Assembly (NCBI GenBank): GCA_951406725.2
Contig: OX597815.1
Coordinates: 128,030,001 to 128,094,000, forward strand
Source: Octopus vulgaris
Lineage: Eukaryota
DNA: 64,000 nt
Reading direction: 5' to 3'
The notes beneath the pieces are model-generated. The model did not search any database. It was not told where the DNA came from and worked only from the letters and a program-made list of their open reading frames with translations. Numbering within the stretch: position 1 is the first letter of the stretch; the number at the start of each line of letters is the position of its first letter. Made by a program: the position numbers and the translations under genes. Shown one piece after another: positions 63,301 to 64,000 of this stretch.

Positions 63301-64000
63301 TATTTTAATTTGTTGTTGCAGACGCTCTTGCCAAGAAGGCTTTTTGTGGGACTGTTGCCGTTTTCTAATCTTTACACCACATAGGATCGTTGAGATTTTC
63401 GCGGATGCATAGTATAGGTGGTTGAGGTTTGTGATATCAACATCATTAACTGAAATTATATCCTTAAGTGCAAGCCGGATTTTACCAATTATTTTCATGT
63501 TTTGGTTAGAGTTGCGGATTTTAGGAAGTGTATCACGCTCATCCATGCTGGTTTCTTTAATTTTCAGCCATTCAATCATGATTTGATTTTTTAGCTCATG
63601 TAGTTCTGTTGGGTCAATATTTGTGTGACTTTCTTTATCTATTTGATGCTCATCTGTCTTAGTGTTTATGATTGGTTCAGGGCGTATTTCACTTTGCCTA
63701 TCACTTATACTAACTCTTTCAATCCTCTCTTCGTTTTTATCCGCCCTGGGCTGGTCTATAATCATTTCCTCTGTATTATCTTCTCTAGCTGCAGCTTCGT
63801 TCATTTTATCCGATATTGCTTGTCTAACCTGATCAATCTCTACTTCAGTCAGTAATTTCTTTTTTATAATGTTTCTTCTAACATTGGCAAGCTTGTTACT
63901 GTCTATGTAGGGTCTTACTTCAGGGTGTTTCTGTCTCCAGTTTAAGTATGCTTGTACAGTGCTAGACTTATCTGTGGGGAAATATATGGCATGGTAGAAG
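60322..64000 (-). mobile_element. Young R4/Dong RLE LINE with (TAA)n 3' flank; 5' end outside the window
   Basis: Intact ORF, 3' UTR of about 230 bp, (TAA)n at 60322-60360. Confidence 0.93.
60589..63999 (-). CDS. R4/Dong ORF (RT YMDD, CCHC, PD..D/ExK endonuclease), 5'-incomplete
   Basis: Frame is open for 65 codons above the called Met to the window edge (FYHAIY..WRQKHP..KLANVRR). Motifs: KSPGKD, YRPI, DYKKAFD, GIFQGDSLSP, YMDD, KYLG, CRVC..H..C, RHD, RPD. Confidence 0.94.
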   Translation of the reverse strand, partial: FYHAIYFPTDKSSTVQAYLNWRQKHPEVRPYIDSNKLANVRRNIIKKKLLTEVEIDQVRQAISDKMNEAAAREDNTEEMIIDQPRADKNEERIERVSISDRQSEIRPEPIINTKTDEHQIDKESHTNIDPTELHELKNQIMIEWLKIKETSMDERDTLPKIRNSNQNMKIIGKIRLALKDIISVNDVDITNLNHLYYASAKISTILCGVKIRKRQQSHKKPSWQERLQQQIKIFRSDIEYLKNLKAHKITKPTKTQKLLKKYNMKTILDIDATIETIKQKVSAKAARIARYEKRVRFFKDNNMFKNNTKNFYRKIGKTAFTAGSVPSKEEVQRFWNKIWAEEKTHNEKAPWIDRISTELDPLEEQKWEGVKVEDIRSALRRSSKWKSPGKDKIPNFWLNAFPESHELLTELYNDVLQHPSRMPPWLVNGLTFLLPKSEETNEPKNYRPITCLTTMYKTLTSVLTEYTYSFLTDSSIFPNEQKGCKRGSYGCKDQLLINKMILEDCHKRHKNLSIAWIDYKKAFDSLPHSWIRKCLEMYKIAPTLRNFLTVSMRSWRTTLTLNSDSEFLNAGDVKISCGIFQGDSLSPLLFCLSLIPLSKLLNDAQYGYKMFDKNINHLVYMDDLKLFAKNDQQLKGLLAIVKQFSDDIRMQFGLDKCAKATFIKGKMTETSNVNLDQQNVIKELDPAESYKYLGIIEGNGIRHSEMKERIRRECYRRVRAILKTELNARNRIEAINALAIPVVTYSFNIVNWSITEICQLDRKIRKLLTMHRMHHPKADTERLYLPRKEGGRGLLQLAITMKIATIGLDTYLKNSEDWMLKLVSKHENKKASYSVTKQAKEYLSEFRIQPISEIDIQETSTEKARRMKTRAKTAALDILNNKWQEKPLYGKYPKRANNADIDKALTHQWLMASGLKSETEGFIIAAQDQCLPTRNYQANILKIRSSPTCRVCKQQNETIDHVVSKCSLLAPTEYLNRHDRAAQYIHWVICKNLDLPHEKNWWEHKPPPVLENDHISLLWNFTIQTDRKIDANRPDIILKNFKQRTCLLIDMTVPIDINVSVKTYQKLSKYKDLEIEISKMWKLKTKTIPVVIGALGMIAKGADSYLTQIPGNPKMAEVQKIVLMGTAHILRKILSM

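Overview
AT-rich, microsatellite-laden animal DNA, almost certainly from a coleoid cephalopod (Octopus-like SINE/LINE families; inferred from sequence recognition, not a search). I can support no intact host protein-coding exon; the window looks like intronic or intergenic DNA dense in transposon remnants. Two young elements have intact ORFs. (1) A full-length RTE LINE (16393-20746, minus) has a C4HC3 PHD finger inserted between the RT palm and thumb and a 63-68 bp tandem array in its 3' UTR. Its ORF has no AUG before the endonuclease unless a predicted 109-nt GT-AG intron (20182-20074) is spliced out. (2) An R4/Dong-type RLE LINE (60361 to beyond 64000, minus) ends in (TAA)n. Also present: five more Dong-like pieces, many degenerate RTE copies, two Gypsy remnants (one with a nested TRIM), three mariners, hAT, Chapaev-like and Tc2/pogo-like pieces, CR1-like 3' ends that share a covarying stem-loop with the main SINE, an RPS4 retrocopy fused to that SINE, and Penelope-like fragments. 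A recurrent class of fold-back palindromes, mostly bordered by (TA)n, carries hammerhead-ribozyme core remnants.
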